DNA from: Myxococcales bacterium
Lineage (GTDB): Bacteria; Myxococcota_A; Polyangia; Palsa-1104; JAEUJZ01
NCBI GenBank assembly: GCA_016794505.1
Contig: JAEUJZ010000076.1
Span: forward strand, 64,001 to 128,000
DNA length: 64,000 nt
Reading direction: 5' to 3'
In this document: positions 62,787 to 64,000 of the stretch, piece after piece
Layout of the letters: each line of letters starts with the position of its first letter
Numbering within the stretch: position 1 is the first letter of the stretch
Position numbers and translations under genes: made by a program
Notes under the pieces: model-generated
Told to the model about the DNA's origin: nothing
The model's database searches: none
What the model saw: only the letters and a program-made list of their open reading frames with translations

Positions 62787-63965
62787 ATGGGACGCAGAGT
62801 CAACGTGATTGGCGTCGGGATGATCAAGTTCTCAAAGCCCGGCGCAAGCGAGGAATACAACGTCATGGCGGCCAAGGCCGGCCGCGCCGCGCTCGAAGAC
62901 GCCAAGGTGCCCTTCGACGCCATCGAGCAGGCCTATGCCGGCTATGTCTATGGCGACTCGACCTGCGGGCAGCGCGCGGTCTATGAGCTGGGACTGACCG
63001 GCATTCCTGTATTCAACGTCAACAACAACTGCTCGACCGGATCGACGGCGCTGATGCTGGGCAAGCAGGCGATCGAAGGCGGCATCGCCGAGTGCGTGCT
63101 GGTCGTCGGCTTTGAGCAGATGGAAAAGGGCGCGCTGGGATCGAAGTACAACGACCGCACGAACCCCTTGGAAAAGCATGCCAGCGTCATGAACAACGTG
63201 CAGGGCTTCAACCAAGCCCCGCCGGCTGCGCAGATGTTCGGCGGCGCCGGCCGCGAGTACCGCTGGCGCTATGGCACCAAGCGCGAGACCTTCGCCAAGG
63301 TCAGCGAAAAGGCGCGCAAGCACGCCAGCCAAAACCCGCTCGCCATCTTTAACGAACGCCTGTCCGTCGACGAAATCATGGCCGCGCAAGAGGTCTTTGA
63401 TCCGCTGACGCGCTACCAGTGCTGCCCGCCGACCTGTGGCGCCGCGGCGGCTGTGCTGTGCTCGGACGACTTCGCCAAGAAGCACGGACACGAGCGCCCG
63501 GTGTACATCGCCGCCCAGACCATGACCACCGACTATGCGTCGAGCTTTGGCGACAGCATGATCAAGATGGTCGGTTACGACATGGCCAAGCGCGCCGCCG
63601 ACCAAGTTTATAAGCAAGCCGGCGTCGGCCCCGAGGATGTGCAGGTCATCGAGCTTCACGACTGCTTCACGACGAACGAAGTGCTGACCTATGAAGCGCT
63701 CGGCCTGTGCAAGGAAGGCGAAGCCGAGAAGTTTATCTGGGAAGGCCAGAACACCTACGGCGGCAAGTACGTCACCAACCCCTCGGGCGGCTTGCTGTCC
63801 AAGGGCCATCCGCTCGGCGCGACCGGCGTCGCTCAGTGTGCCGAGCTGGTCTGGCAGCTACGCGGCCAAGCCGACACGCGCCAGGTGCAGGGCGCCAAGA
63901 TCGGCCTTCAGCACAACCTGGGCCTCGGTGGAGCCTGCGTTGTGACCATGTACCGCCGCGACTAG
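62787..63965 (+). CDS. SCP-x-type thiolase (nonspecific lipid-transfer protein thiolase domain)
   Basis: GAGGAA RBS. 'NVNNNCSTGSTAL' is the active-site Cys region. 'NPSGGLLSKGHPLGATG...' is the thiolase C-terminal motif. Confidence 0.8.
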   Translation: MGRRVNVIGVGMIKFSKPGASEEYNVMAAKAGRAALEDAKVPFDAIEQAYAGYVYGDSTCGQRAVYELGLTGIPVFNVNNNCSTGSTALMLGKQAIEGGIAECVLVVGFEQMEKGALGSKYNDRTNPLEKHASVMNNVQGFNQAPPAAQMFGGAGREYRWRYGTKRETFAKVSEKARKHASQNPLAIFNERLSVDEIMAAQEVFDPLTRYQCCPPTCGAAAAVLCSDDFAKKHGHERPVYIAAQTMTTDYASSFGDSMIKMVGYDMAKRAADQVYKQAGVGPEDVQVIELHDCFTTNEVLTYEALGLCKEGEAEKFIWEGQNTYGGKYVTNPSGGLLSKGHPLGATGVAQCAELVWQLRGQADTRQVQGAKIGLQHNLGLGGACVVTMYRRD

Positions 63966-64000
63966 CGACACATCAGCCCGCGCCGCTTCGCCCGTCCCCG

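Overview
This is a high-GC (~70%) chromosomal window, probably from a myxobacterium (Myxococcota). The pointers to that are a MYXO-CTERM-type protein, many Hanks-type Ser/Thr kinases, a PSCyt/DUF1592+DUF1552 gene pair and TPR proteins. Housekeeping and transport genes (tRNA-Ala, sodC, kefB-like, nhaA, argS, a K+ channel, an SDR, a peroxisome-like MFE-2 plus SCPx-thiolase pair) are interleaved with accessory loci. Three accessory loci stand out. (1) A ~5 kb low-GC island (about 6.43-11.45 kb) is flanked by 15-bp direct repeats and 21-bp tandem repeat arrays. It carries a SWIM-zinc-finger DDE transposase, a ribbon-helix-helix (RHH) regulator, a fused HigA-HTH-ImmA/IrrE metallopeptidase and an XRE repressor. 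(2) A giant TIR-NACHT-pentapeptide-WD40 STAND NTPase is translationally coupled to an FMN-reductase-GNAT fusion. (3) A three-gene candidate NTP-dependent conflict system sits downstream of a conspicuous AT-rich tract. It consists of an alpha-helical EAD-like protein, a MoxR AAA+ ATPase, and a 1224-aa membrane vWA protein with a C-terminal FGE/SUMF1-type domain. Other items are an ECF sigma/anti-sigma/caspase(C14) module next to two Cys-rich secreted proteins, a tandem pseudokinase-kinase STK cluster, 31-bp direct repeats bracketing a cadherin/FG-GAP lipoprotein gene, and an 8-mer simple sequence repeat (SSR) upstream of nhaA. All calls come from reading the translations and DNA by eye; no searches were run.
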